The translations under genes and the position numbers were made by a program. DNA of 32,000 nt. It comes from Candidatus Brocadia sp. Its GTDB lineage: Bacteria; Planctomycetota; Brocadiia; Brocadiales; Brocadiaceae. The notes beneath the pieces were generated by a model. The model searched no databases. It saw only the letters and a program-made list of their open reading frames with translations, and had not been told where the DNA came from. The DNA is taken from assembly GCA_021650915.1 (NCBI GenBank), contig CP091279.1, positions 1,110,001-1,142,000 on the forward strand, in the 5' to 3' direction. Positions within the stretch are counted from its first letter, which is position 1. Each line of letters starts with the position of its first letter. Of the stretch, positions 1 through 8,180 are shown one piece after another.

Positions 1-254
1 TACCACTCATACACCTGATACGGCGGGGTAATCCCATCCCCGGCAACCTGATCATCGTCAAATTCAGCACAAACAAAGGCGCCTGCTGCCATCGCGGTCA
101 AGAAGCGCGGGTGTCTCATACGTTCGCGGACGCCTGGCACAAGCCTTGTGCCAAGGCGATCAGCGATTAAAGACAATCCCAAAGGATCGAGCGAGCCTTC
201 GCTGTCAGCTACTTTATCATATTCGGTTAATAAGGGTGCAAGTTCTGTCATCAT
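1..254 (-). CDS. Hypothetical protein, N-terminal ~84 codons only (gene runs off the left edge of the window)
   Basis: The reverse strand reads ATGATG at 254-249 and stays open to position 1 (MMTELAPLLTEYDKVADSEGSLDPLGLSLIADRLGTRLVPGVRERMRHPRFLTAMAAGAFVCAEFDDDQVAGDGITPPYQVYEW...). It is absent from the ORF track because no stop lies inside the window. It starts 60 nt downstream of hepT on the same strand. Family not recognised. Confidence 0.4.
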   Translation of the reverse strand, partial: MMTELAPLLTEYDKVADSEGSLDPLGLSLIADRLGTRLVPGVRERMRHPRFLTAMAAGAFVCAEFDDDQVAGDGITPPYQVYEW

Positions 255-314
255 TGTGGATGAGATATGGATAGGTGAAATGTTGGGAAAGTGCTTTTTG
301 AAATTGTCTTGTCA

Positions 315-716
315 TTATGCTGAGAAATTTTTCTTAACGTACTCTATCGTATATTCAAATAATGGCCTGGCATTCTTTACAAAATTCCTTATCTCTTCCC
401 ATCGAATATCCAGATATTCGTGCGTAATAATGTTTCGTAACCTGGCAAATTCACACGATCTTTCGACAGTGTTTTTATCAAATTCATGGAAAGACATAAA
501 CGATCTCAAAACCTCTCTGTAAGTGCCCGGTAAAGATTTTTTTTCGGACGCCAGGAGAATTCGTACGACATCAATTGAGGCATTGACGATATTTTCTCTC
601 CAATGCTCTGAACTTCTCCGCCTTACCCTGTCATTCTGGTATTCATCCCAACTGAGTTCCAGATAAATATTCCAGTCAGCGAGTTCGTTCGTCAAAAATT
701 TTAGTAGCGTTGTCAA
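315..716 (-). CDS. hepT: HepT-type HEPN toxin (DUF86 family) of a MntA/HepT toxin-antitoxin module
   Basis: 133-aa ORF with a TTG start at 716; there is no in-frame ATG upstream before a TGA. It carries the RX4HXY HEPN active-site motif: ...CEFARLRNIITHEYLDI... (R-NIIT-H-E-Y). The size is typical of the family. Confidence 0.8.
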   Translation of the reverse strand: MTTLLKFLTNELADWNIYLELSWDEYQNDRVRRRSSEHWRENIVNASIDVVRILLASEKKSLPGTYREVLRSFMSFHEFDKNTVERSCEFARLRNIITHEYLDIRWEEIRNFVKNARPLFEYTIEYVKKNFSA

Positions 717-726
717 GTGGAGACCT

Positions 727-2062
727 GAGAAAAGTCCTCCAATGTATAGTTGTCACGCATCAAAGCCGTTGTAGTAATAGGCAAGCCGAATTTTGGTAAC
801 GTTCAGCGCCCCGGCAACACTCCATTTGCTCACATTCACCCGCAGGTTAACCGTACGCATGACGCGCTCTACTTTACTTGTCGTTCTGCCATTGAGCCTC
901 TTTTCTATCGCCGTAAACATATCAGGCCTGGCATTCTCAAGATAGGATGCGGTATGAGTATATCCCTTCGACAAACAATGCTGAATCACCGCATCCAATC
1001 GTTTCCTCTTGGACTCTATCATTTTCTCGATGGTCTTCTGACAATCAACCAATGGCCGTATCGCACAGACCTCCATAAGCTCCGACATCACCTCCAGCCA
1101 TTCTTTCCCCCTTGCTCTTGACCCCATCTTGCCACAATACATACTTTGCCTGATACGGAATATGCCACAAACATCTCTGTACAAGCACCTTGATCTTACC
1201 TTTCAAACTATCCAAAATAGAGGTGTCTCCATCGGTTATCAAAAGAAACTGGGAAAACTTCCTGAACACCTTAACACTCTTACCAAAAAGCTTATCCCAA
1301 CTACCGTTGTAATCCCCTATGTCAAGCCCTGCCACTCTCACCCCTCCACCGCTCTTGTATTGCACAAAGACCTTGAGTTCCTTGCCTCGTTTGGCTATCC
1401 CCTTAATCCCTACCCCTGTCCCGTCTGCTTCTCCCAGGGGAAGTCCCTTCTCGTCGAGTTGAAAATCTATCTCTGCTGCCGTCTTTTGTACCGATTTCCC
1501 TATCGTCATCTTGTCTACTGTCCAGCCAAACATCGACACGATCTTCTTCGCTACCCGGTAGGTCGTTAACGATCCTACCAGCCCAAGCTTCCGATACGTC
1601 TCCGGTGGTATTCGCTTCATCCGCTCCATCCCCAGAAGCTTTCGCGTTATATACATCTTATGACCGCACCTCTTGCACTGCACCTGCAACTGCTCTAATC
1701 TCAACCACTGAAAGACCGTCAGTATCTTCGTCTCTTTTCCATGCCTCGTCTTCCAGATAAACTCCTTGTCATTCCCACATTCGTCGCAGCAAAATGGCTT
1801 CCGTGATTGCGCCATCGCACTCTCACCAAAACCAACCACGATCTTCTGAATAAAATCCCTTAATATCTCCGGCAGTATCTTGCAAAATGCCTTGAGAATC
1901 GACTCCAGGCTGCCGTCCTTTAATTCAACCCGAATTTGACAACCAAATTCTATTGTGATACCATCTGTGCATGGGGTTGCTCCCATATAGCCCTCCTTCT
2001 CTTTATGGTTTAGTTTCTTGTATCAAAACTATTTTTTACCATATTTGGAGGGCTTTTTCTTT
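727..2062 (-). mobile_element. ~1.3-kb insertion sequence, family uncertain (ISH6/ISLre2/UPF0236-like by eye), between the mntA relic and hepT
   Basis: Imperfect terminal inverted repeats: TGAGAAAAGTCCTCCAATGTATAG (726-749) versus the reverse complement of 2039-2062 (AAAGAAAAAGCCCTCCAAATATGG). They enclose a single transposase frame that nearly fills the element. A strong SD (AAGGAGG) lies 5 nt before the transposase ATG at 1986. No target-site duplication was identified, so the boundaries are approximate. Confidence 0.6.
753..1986 (-). pseudogene. DDE transposase split into two overlapping frames (313-aa and 143-aa ORFs) by a 1-nt frameshift
   Basis: The N-terminal ORF has a Zn-finger (CCDECG...CKRCG) and an LITDGD...VQRCLWH core. 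The C-terminal ORF continues with ...SKVERVMRTVNLRVN..WS..GALNVTKIRLAYYYNG. The two frames overlap over 1045-1184. The switch is most simply placed at the C5 run at 1107-1111 (G5 on the coding strand). This could be a true pseudogene, a programmed shift or a sequencing error. Confidence 0.7.
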
Positions 2063-2095
2063 AACCAAGTCTCTCTTTTTCTACTCTACCAAAAT

Positions 2096-2194
2096 TTTAT
2101 TATTTCAATCAGTCTGGTTTTGTCAAAATCACTCAGAGATGTCGAACGTTGCTCGATACGTCAATAATCTTCAACGAATTCTCTGAAATCCCTA
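2096..2194 (-). pseudogene. Relic of the 3' end of an mntA-type antitoxin gene (copy A of a 99-bp direct repeat)
   Basis: About 94% identical by eye (6 differences) to 31653-31751, which is the coding 3' end of the MntA-like gene at the right edge. Copy A translates as DFREFVEDY*RIEQRSTSLSDFDKTRLIEIIKFW*. The TGA at 2161-2163 aligns with a TGG (Trp) at 31718-31720 in copy B. Copy A is cut on its upstream side at TA 2193-2194. Confidence 0.65.
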
Positions 2195-2216
2195 GCGCGG
2201 CTACGCCGCAACCAAA
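2195..2216 (+). repeat. Orphan left terminus of the ~220-bp repeat family
   Basis: TA|GCGCGGCTACGCCGCAACCAAA compared with TA|GCGCGGCACAGCCGCAACCAAA at 8183-8206. The only differences fall in the 3-nt loop of the GCGGC-nnn-GCCGC hairpin. Similarity stops after ~22 nt. Confidence 0.5.
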
Positions 2217-2306
2217 GCTTTAAAACCGTCCTCCAATAGTGTATATTTGATTTTTTTTGAAGTGGAATCCTAACCACTGGATTATACACAAGAGAGGAGG
2301 ACGGCA

Positions 2307-3569
2307 ATGGAGAAGTTTCTTGAGCGATATCATAACAAAATCACCGGGGTGCTTTCAACGTTTGATCGAATGCTATTTAAAGGGCATTTCTTGCCATTTT
2401 TTCAAAAGAGTAAGAGACATCAGTATTTATTTCAGGAGAAGGTATTATTGAAGAATTTTGGGACGTATGCGAAAAAGGTATCAGAGGTCATAAAGGATAA
2501 CGCAAGAGAGCTATCGTCAAAAGAGTCCCGACCGTTGATTCACCTGGATTCAAGCAGAATCAGCAAGGAAGACCTTGCACGGAAGATACAAGAAGAAGAC
2601 AGGGTAAAAGAAGGTCTTATTTGTGTATTAAAGGGCGTTGAACCCTGTGTATCTTTTGATGTTCGTGGAAACAAGGAGAAGCAGAAGTTAGAGGTGGTGA
2701 TTCGGGAACGCAAATGTCTGTTTCTTTACTTTTACTACCAACACCAGGAATTTGGTTTTATGCATGTACGGCTTCAGACGTGGTTTCCCTTTCAGATACA
2801 AATCTATATCAACGGACGTGAATGGCTTGCCAAACGACTGGATGGAGAGGGCATCGGGTATCAAAGATACGATAACAGCATGGTTCAGGTTGATGATGGA
2901 AAGCGGGCGCAAGAGATAGCAGAAGAGTTTCTTCGTGTCAATTTTGCAAAGGCATTTGATGCGCTTGCCCGGCAAATAAATCCCGTTCTGCCTCGAATCA
3001 AAAAGGTATTTTCTCAAGGATATTATTGGGTGCTGGATCAAGGGGAATATGCTACCGATGTGCTGTTCAAGGATCGGCAAAGCCTCCTTGAGATTTACCC
3101 TGAACTGGTAGAACACGCCTTGGTGAGCTTCAGTGCCTCTGACGTCATGACCTTTTTGGGAAGAAAACTCAGGGGGAACTTTCAGGGCGAGATGATAACG
3201 GATACCAAAAAGAGGCCCCAAGGCATTCGCATTAAACACCGCATGAAGCAAAATTCTCTGAAGATGTATGACAAATGGAGTGTCTTACGAGTAGAGACAA
3301 CCATTAATAACCCCCGGGAGTTTAAAATATACCGGAAGGTAGAGCGGTATGGGAAAAAAGTCATGAGATGGATACCGATGGGCAAGAGTGTATTCAATCT
3401 TTACCGGTATGCTGAAGTGTCAAAAATTGCCAATGAGCGTTATCTGGGAGCATTATCTGCTGTCGTACCCCTGAACGATTGTGTAAGAGAACTCGAACAG
3501 CTTGCTCAATCAGTCCATGACGGACAGGACCGGTATTCCGGATTTGTAACAGTTCACCCCCTGGTGTGA
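2307..3569 (+). CDS. 420-aa conserved-looking protein of unknown function; its 3' end is supplied by the IS66 terminal repeat (truncated gene)
   Basis: A strong RBS (GAGAGGAGGA at 2291-2300) precedes ATG 2307, and the ORF is long and unbroken. The last 9 codons (FVTVHPLV*) are encoded by the IS66-family TIR that starts at ~3542, so the native C-terminus is lost. Distinctive stretches are FGFMHVRLQTWFPFQIQIYINGREWLAKRL and LKMYDKWSVLRVETTINNPREFKIYRK. I cannot place the family. Confidence 0.6.
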   Translation: MEKFLERYHNKITGVLSTFDRMLFKGHFLPFFQKSKRHQYLFQEKVLLKNFGTYAKKVSEVIKDNARELSSKESRPLIHLDSSRISKEDLARKIQEEDRVKEGLICVLKGVEPCVSFDVRGNKEKQKLEVVIRERKCLFLYFYYQHQEFGFMHVRLQTWFPFQIQIYINGREWLAKRLDGEGIGYQRYDNSMVQVDDGKRAQEIAEEFLRVNFAKAFDALARQINPVLPRIKKVFSQGYYWVLDQGEYATDVLFKDRQSLLEIYPELVEHALVSFSASDVMTFLGRKLRGNFQGEMITDTKKRPQGIRIKHRMKQNSLKMYDKWSVLRVETTINNPREFKIYRKVERYGKKVMRWIPMGKSVFNLYRYAEVSKIANERYLGALSAVVPLNDCVRELEQLAQSVHDGQDRYSGFVTVHPLV

Positions 3570-3634
3570 AAGAAACAAATTCCTCGGGGCATTTTTTCTG
3601 ACTTCACCCTGTTTCATTTGTTATACTCCCAGTC

Positions 3635-4512
3635 ATGGAAATAACCATAACAATACGTGGGTGCAGCATCACGCCCTCTGATATCCAACGTATCCAAAGC
3701 TTCATGGACGAACACCCCCATTGGCATAGGACGAAACTCTCCCGGGAACTCTGCATTGCCTGGGATTGGAAAACACACAATGGCCAATACAAAGATATGG
3801 CATGTCGCGGCCTCCTTCTCAAGCTGGAAAAGCTCGGCATTATTACCTTGCCTCCCCGTCGTGCCCAAGCTTATAACTCCCTTCGGAATCGGCTGATTCA
3901 TCCTGTCCAACACCGGCAATCTCCTATTCACGCCAGTTTGAAAACCCTTGTTCCGCTTCACACGAGTGTGTTCAAAAAGACGAACACAAGACACTCTTTC
4001 ATACCTTGCTTGCGCTTTACCATTACCTTGGCTCCTCGAGGATGGCGGGTGAAAATATGAAGTATATCGTTTTCGACCGTAATGCTAACCCACTTGCCTG
4101 CATTCTTTTTGGTTCCCCTGCCTGGAAGGTTGCACCTCGTGACTCATTCATCGGCTGGGATATTCTGGCCAGGAAACACTCTCTCCACCTCATCACCAAT
4201 AACCCGTGTTTTCTTATTCTTCCCTGGGTGCGCGTTCCCCATCTGGCAAGCCACATTCTTGGACTCATTGCTCGCCGCATCAGGAATGATTTCGTACACA
4301 AATACGGACATCCCGTTTACCTGCTCGAAACCTTTGTCGAGCGGGAACGCTTTCAAGGCACTTGTTACAAGGCTGCCAATTGGCAGCTCGTCGGCCAAAC
4401 AAAAGGACGGACTCGAAACGACCGATACAATACCATTCGTGTACCCACCAAGGACATCTATCTCTATCCCCTTATCCCAAACTTCCGGGAGGCTCTGCAT
4501 GGCATCCCCTAA
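3635..4512 (+). pseudogene. DUF4338 (DruA-like) protein gene, frameshifted
   Basis: Two ORFs (3635-4060 and 4006-4512) together give a DUF4338-like protein. The N-terminal part is ...HRTKLSRELCIAWDWKTHNGQYKDMACRGLLLKLEKLGIITLPPRR. The C-terminal part is ...LLALYHYLGSSRMAGENMKYIVF...AWKVAPRDSFIGW...NNPCFLILPWVRVPHLASHIL...ETFVERERFQGTCYKAANWQLVGQTKGRTR. The frame switch falls between ~3940 and 3980, where there is an A5 run at 3974-3978. The stop at 4510-4512 overlaps the transposase ATG at 4499. Confidence 0.7.
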
Positions 4513-6124
4513 GAAACATACCACAAACACTTCTTTGGAGTGTTTCTCTGCCATACTCTGGATGCTCCGTATTGTTATCATCCTCTTGCTCAGAGAAATC
4601 CAGTACTTGAGAAAAAGGCTTGCCTCCCATAAAAAAAACTCTTCAAATTCCCATAAACCACCTTCACGGGATGACCCCTTTCAAAAACGAGGCGTTCCCA
4701 AACGTGGTGCCTCCGGCAGAAAGCCGGGCGGACAAAAAGGTCGTCCGGGCAAAGCCCGTGTCATGGCCTTGCCAGGCCAAATCTCTCAGACCATTCCCCA
4801 CAAACCCCAATCCTGCAAGCGATGCGGTATCTCTTTCGGTGAATCTCACGAAAGTGTTCCCGCCCAAAAACGCCAGGTATGGGAAATCCCAGAAATCAAA
4901 CCGTCGGTTATCGAACATGTCTTCTATAGCACAACCTGCTCGCGCGGACACAGAAACCGCCCTGACGTCCCTGAATGGATCTACTCAGGCACCGGGGAAA
5001 ACCTCCATGCCCTTATCGCTTACCTGACCGTTGAAGGAAAACTCTCGCGGCGCATCCTCCAGAGCATCCTGGAGAACGTCTTTCACGTACCCCTTGCCCT
5101 CGGCGCAATCCAGAACCGGCTTGAAGACACTTCACATATCCTTCAAGGAGCCTGTGCCGAACTTGAGAACGAACTGACCAACCAACCCGTTGTCAATATT
5201 GATGAAACAGGATACCCTCATAATAAGACCCTTGCCTGGCTCTGGGTATTTGTCACAAACTCCTTCGCCTTGTTTACCATCCGCGCCTCTCGCGGTTCTC
5301 AGGTCATACGCTCCGTTCTGGGAGAACTCTTTGACGGCATTATCATCTCCGACCGCTTTTCCGCTTACCTCAAATATCACAAAGACCGGACGTGCGGACT
5401 TCTGCAACTCTGCTGGGCACACATTATCCGTGATGTCAAGGCGCTCTGCACGGAACCTGCTTATGGTTCGTCCAAACCCTTCTCCCTGCTCATGCGCCAA
5501 CGCATTGGCACCGTTTTCCGAATATGGCACGCACATAAACACAACACCCTCTCGCGCGAGCAACTCATTGCCTTGACGCAACCGATACTTCTGGAGATGC
5601 GCTCCTTCCTGGAAAACAACCGGAATGCGCCTTCACAGGCCGTCTCTAAGTTTTCCTGCCAACTCCTGAAAAAGTGGGAGCATCTTTTTGTCTTTCTCTC
5701 CCATCAGGGAGTTGAACCCACCAACAACCTGGCCGAACGTTCGATTCGTCCTGCGGTGCAATCCCGAAAATTGTAACACTTTAGTTTTTTGAAAAGGTAG
5801 GGGCGAAGCATTTGCCTGCTTGGGGTGTGAATTCATGTATGCCAATTTATGGCAAATGCTTCGCCCCTACACCGTGCGGTAACATCGTTATTATGGTAAT
5901 TTTTCAAAAAACTAAAGTGTTACCGAAAATTAAGTTATTGTACCCGCAGCGATAAGGGACAGATTCTTCGGGCGCGGTTGCTTACCGTTTGGCAATCCTG
6001 CCGGACGCAGCGTAGAAACACCCTTGACTTCTTCCGTCAATCTATCCACGCCCACCGACACCATCTCTCCATGCCATCCTTGCTTCTACAACACCTCCCT
6101 GACCACACTCATCTGGCTGCTTAA
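4499..6124 (+). pseudogene. tnpC: IS66-family transposase (TnpC type) interrupted by a MITE
   Basis: Motifs present: NSSNSHKPPSRD, CKRCG, VNIDETGYP, LQLCWAHIIRD, TNNLAERSIRP. The track ORF stops at 5776 inside the MITE. Deleting 5773-5923 plus one TSD copy restores the frame (...AVQSRKLSYCTRSDKGQILRARLLTVWQSCRTQRRNTLDFFRQSIHAHRHHLSMPSLLLQH...), which then ends at TAA 6122-6124. The track start at 4082 is a spurious upstream extension. Confidence 0.85.
5773..5923. mobile_element. 151-bp MITE with IS66-like GTAA ends, inserted in tnpC
   Basis: Perfect 23-bp TIRs: GTAACACTTTAGTTTTTTGAAAA at 5773-5795 and its reverse complement at 5901-5923. It is flanked by the 8-bp direct repeat CGAAAATT (5765-5772 and 5924-5931). 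Its core is a perfect 20-bp inverted repeat, GTAGGGGCGAAGCATTTGCC at 5797-5816 paired with 5851-5870. Confidence 0.85.
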
Positions 6125-6418
6125 TTCTTCCGAATTACTCTACGCAGCCTATCTCTTAAAAATGCCACGATGAATTTGTTTCTTTCACACCAGGGGGTGA
6201 ACTGTTACAAATATTTTAACATCCCATTTAAAATTTTGAATCTTCAGGCAACTGAGTGGGTAATTTTGAGCAGTAAATTGGCCATAATATAGCATAAAAT
6301 AAAGGGAAAAAGAAGTTTTATATGAAAAAAAACGGTATGCGGGTGTTGTGGAAAAATTCATGGGAGTTATTACGACAAGAGGGTGCGTTGGATACGGGAT
6401 TTATCCTGTGGCGATGCA

Positions 6419-6559
6419 AGGATCTACCTGGAAGTAGAGGTGCGGCGAGTATTATGTCGGAAGTGTGGAAAGATGAAGCGGGAGAGACTGGAATGGGTGG
6501 CGCAAAAGAAGCTTCTTGCGACAAACAAACAGCTCAATACTGCCTATGTGTTAAGGTAG
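6419..6559 (+). pseudogene. Relic of an ISL3-like transposase gene (Zn-finger segment fused to a C-terminal segment by internal deletion)
   Basis: One frame reads RIYLEVEVRRVLCRKCGKMKRERLEWVAQKKLLATNKQLNTAYVLR*. This resembles the ISL3 N-terminal Zn-finger region joined directly to the ..LL..N..LNTAY.LKE region. It rests on pattern recognition only. Confidence 0.35.
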
Positions 6560-6792
6560 AAGGGAATCCGAAATCCGAGTTGTATGAGATGGTGATAGAC
6601 AATCTTCTCTCAGAGGTCTATCTTTGAAGTCATCAGCATTGCTCAAAATATTTTTGCTGAATAGTTATAAAAGAAGATTGATTCTATGACGGTTTTCATT
6701 TACATTAACAATTCTGTAAATGCCATGTTTTCATATGGTATTCCCGTTAGTTAACATTATCCTGAACTGAAATACTTGAAAGGAGCTATTTC

Positions 6793-6981
6793 ATGAAAAT
6801 TTCCATTGAAAGTAAAACAAGGATTAAAATGATTCCTGAAAGCAAACACGAGGAAGAGAACCTGGAATCCCTCTGGAAGATACTGATACGCTGCGAAACG
6901 GACAGCAAGGTACTCTGCCCAATCGGCTCATACGTAGCTTCTCAGGACGATGGCGCCAACTTTGTGATACAGGATCAGTAA
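6793..6981 (+). CDS. Small hypothetical protein (62 aa)
   Basis: An AAGGAG Shine-Dalgarno (6780-6785) lies 7 nt before ATG 6793. The protein is acidic and hydrophilic (MKISIESKTRIKMIPESKHEEENLESLWKILIRCETDSKVLCPIGSYVASQDDGANFVIQDQ). No recognisable family. Confidence 0.35.
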   Translation: MKISIESKTRIKMIPESKHEEENLESLWKILIRCETDSKVLCPIGSYVASQDDGANFVIQDQ

Positions 6982-7069
6982 TTCCTTTGAACATGCAAAA
7001 AATCCCGGAGGGCCATGGGCAATAGTTCCGCAACCAACGTTGTTATCCTTGATATTTTGATAACAAGAT

Positions 7070-7093
7070 ATAATTCCTGTGTCCAGGAATTAT
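7070..7093. promoter_or_regulatory. Perfect dyad ATAATTCCTG-tgtc-CAGGAATTAT (candidate operator or small hairpin) upstream of the glycan operon
   Basis: 10-bp perfect inverted arms (7070-7079 / 7084-7093) with a 4-nt spacer, in the AT-rich spacer between the small ORF and wzm. Confidence 0.2.
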
Positions 7094-7146
7094 ACGTGCA
7101 TGATAAATTTTAACACAAGCTTAATCGACATCTAACAACATATTGC

Positions 7147-7175
7147 TTGTCAGGTTTAATACCATACCATATATT
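7147..7175 (+). promoter_or_regulatory. Candidate sigma70-like promoter for the glycan operon
   Basis: TTGTCA (7147-7152), a 17-nt spacer, then TATATT (7170-7175), ~195 nt upstream of the wzm ATG. This is sequence resemblance only, and the promoter rules of the source organism are unknown. Confidence 0.2.
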
Positions 7176-7368
7176 GTGGTTTTATCGATGAAACGGAAAT
7201 AGCTCATAGAAAATTTTCTATAATGCAACGGTTATTCTTTCAGTAAACCGTAATGGTCTTTTTTGTTCGGTCTTTTCTTACGTCACAACTTATTTTGAGC
7301 AGTTGTTTATTCCCGCTCCCCAGAAATTATACGCATTGAGTTTATACTCTGGCAAAGACACAATCATT

Positions 7369-8133
7369 ATGAATTCATTGACGTACAATTTTGACTTGAT
7401 ATGGCACCTTGTACGTTGCGATTTTATTATTCGGTACAAAGGATCTATTTTAGGAGTCCTCTGGTCACTCACCCTTCCGCTGACTCAACTCCTGGTATTA
7501 GTGTTTCTTTTCCAGAAAGTCGTCCCTCTGGATATCGATGCATACCCGGCCTTTGTCTTCAGTGCGTTGGCACCATGGACATGGTTTAACTCCTGTCTTG
7601 GTTCGGCCGGCAATCTGTTGATTAATAACCGAAATCTGATTCTCAGACCTCGTTTTACGCCATACACCCTTATCATTGTCAATGTTTTGTCTAATATGCT
7701 TAATTATCTGATCGCCCTGCCAATTCTTTTTAGCCTGCTATTGATTTATGATCGGCCAATAGCCCCAACGATTCTGTTTCTCCCCCTGCTAATGCTGCTC
7801 CAGGGCATCCTGATCGTTGGCCTGGGACTGATCATCGCAACGCTCAATGTCTTTTATCGTGATGTACAACATATCGTAGCCGTCGTAACGATGCTCCTGT
7901 TCTATATGACACCGGTTTTTTACCAACCACAGGCCGTCGCGGAAAAATTCCGCATTCTGTATACACTGAATCCGGTTGCCGTCCTGATCCAGGTCTACCG
8001 ATCAATTTTCTTTTATGGCACAGCGCCGGAGTGGAGTCCACTCCTGTATGTGGGTGCAGTAAGCGTACTCGTATGCGCCTTTGGTTTCCTTTTTTATGCC
8101 CGTAATCTTCATGACATTATTGATACCATATAG
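7369..8133 (+). CDS. wzm: ABC-2 type polysaccharide export permease (Wzm/TagG-like)
   Basis: The N-terminus FDLIWHLVRCDFIIRYKGSILGVLWSLTLPL matches the conserved opening of Wzm/TagG permeases, followed by multiple hydrophobic segments. I prefer ATG 7369 over the track's TTG 7303. Confidence 0.85.
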   Translation: MNSLTYNFDLIWHLVRCDFIIRYKGSILGVLWSLTLPLTQLLVLVFLFQKVVPLDIDAYPAFVFSALAPWTWFNSCLGSAGNLLINNRNLILRPRFTPYTLIIVNVLSNMLNYLIALPILFSLLLIYDRPIAPTILFLPLLMLLQGILIVGLGLIIATLNVFYRDVQHIVAVVTMLLFYMTPVFYQPQAVAEKFRILYTLNPVAVLIQVYRSIFFYGTAPEWSPLLYVGAVSVLVCAFGFLFYARNLHDIIDTI

Positions 8134-8180
8134 TGTCGAATAAAAAATATTTTGACATTTCTGACACAAAAGTGAATAGA

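Larger units (their letters stand above)
3542..6212 (+). mobile_element. IS66-family insertion sequence with non-canonical gene content (DUF4338 gene + TnpC-type transposase)
   Basis: Perfect ~41-bp terminal inverted repeats: (A)TTTGTAACAGTTCACCCCCTGGTGTGAAAGAAACAAATTC at 3542-3582 and its exact reverse complement at 6172-6212, with the GTAA-type ends typical of IS66. No matching 8-bp flanking duplication is visible. Confidence 0.85.

Noticed and set aside
148-522. 124-aa plus-strand ORF
   Set aside because: It lies antisense to hepT and to the left-edge gene, has a low-complexity composition and no RBS. The opposite strand carries a motif-bearing HEPN gene.
750-1569. Plus-strand ORFs 750-1121 and 1129-1569
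   Set aside because: Both lie antisense to the transposase frames, which have clear Zn-finger/DDE-type motifs. They are shadow ORFs.
2688-3251. 187-aa minus-strand ORF
   Set aside because: It is entirely antisense to the well-signalled 420-aa plus-strand ORF and has no start signals.
4082-4498. N-terminal 139 aa of the 564-aa track ORF
   Set aside because: This stretch overlaps the DUF4338 coding frame in another frame and has a junk-like composition. The IS66 transposase homology begins at ATG 4499, which overlaps the DUF4338 stop.
3635-4512. DUF4338 gene as part of a Druantia defence system
   Set aside because: No druB-E-like large genes or DUF1998 helicase are nearby. The gene lies inside the TIRs of an IS66-family element and is coupled to its transposase.
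6322-6627. 101-aa plus-strand ORF
   Set aside because: Another frame of the same DNA reads as an ISL3-type transposase relic, and the listed ORF has no recognisable features.
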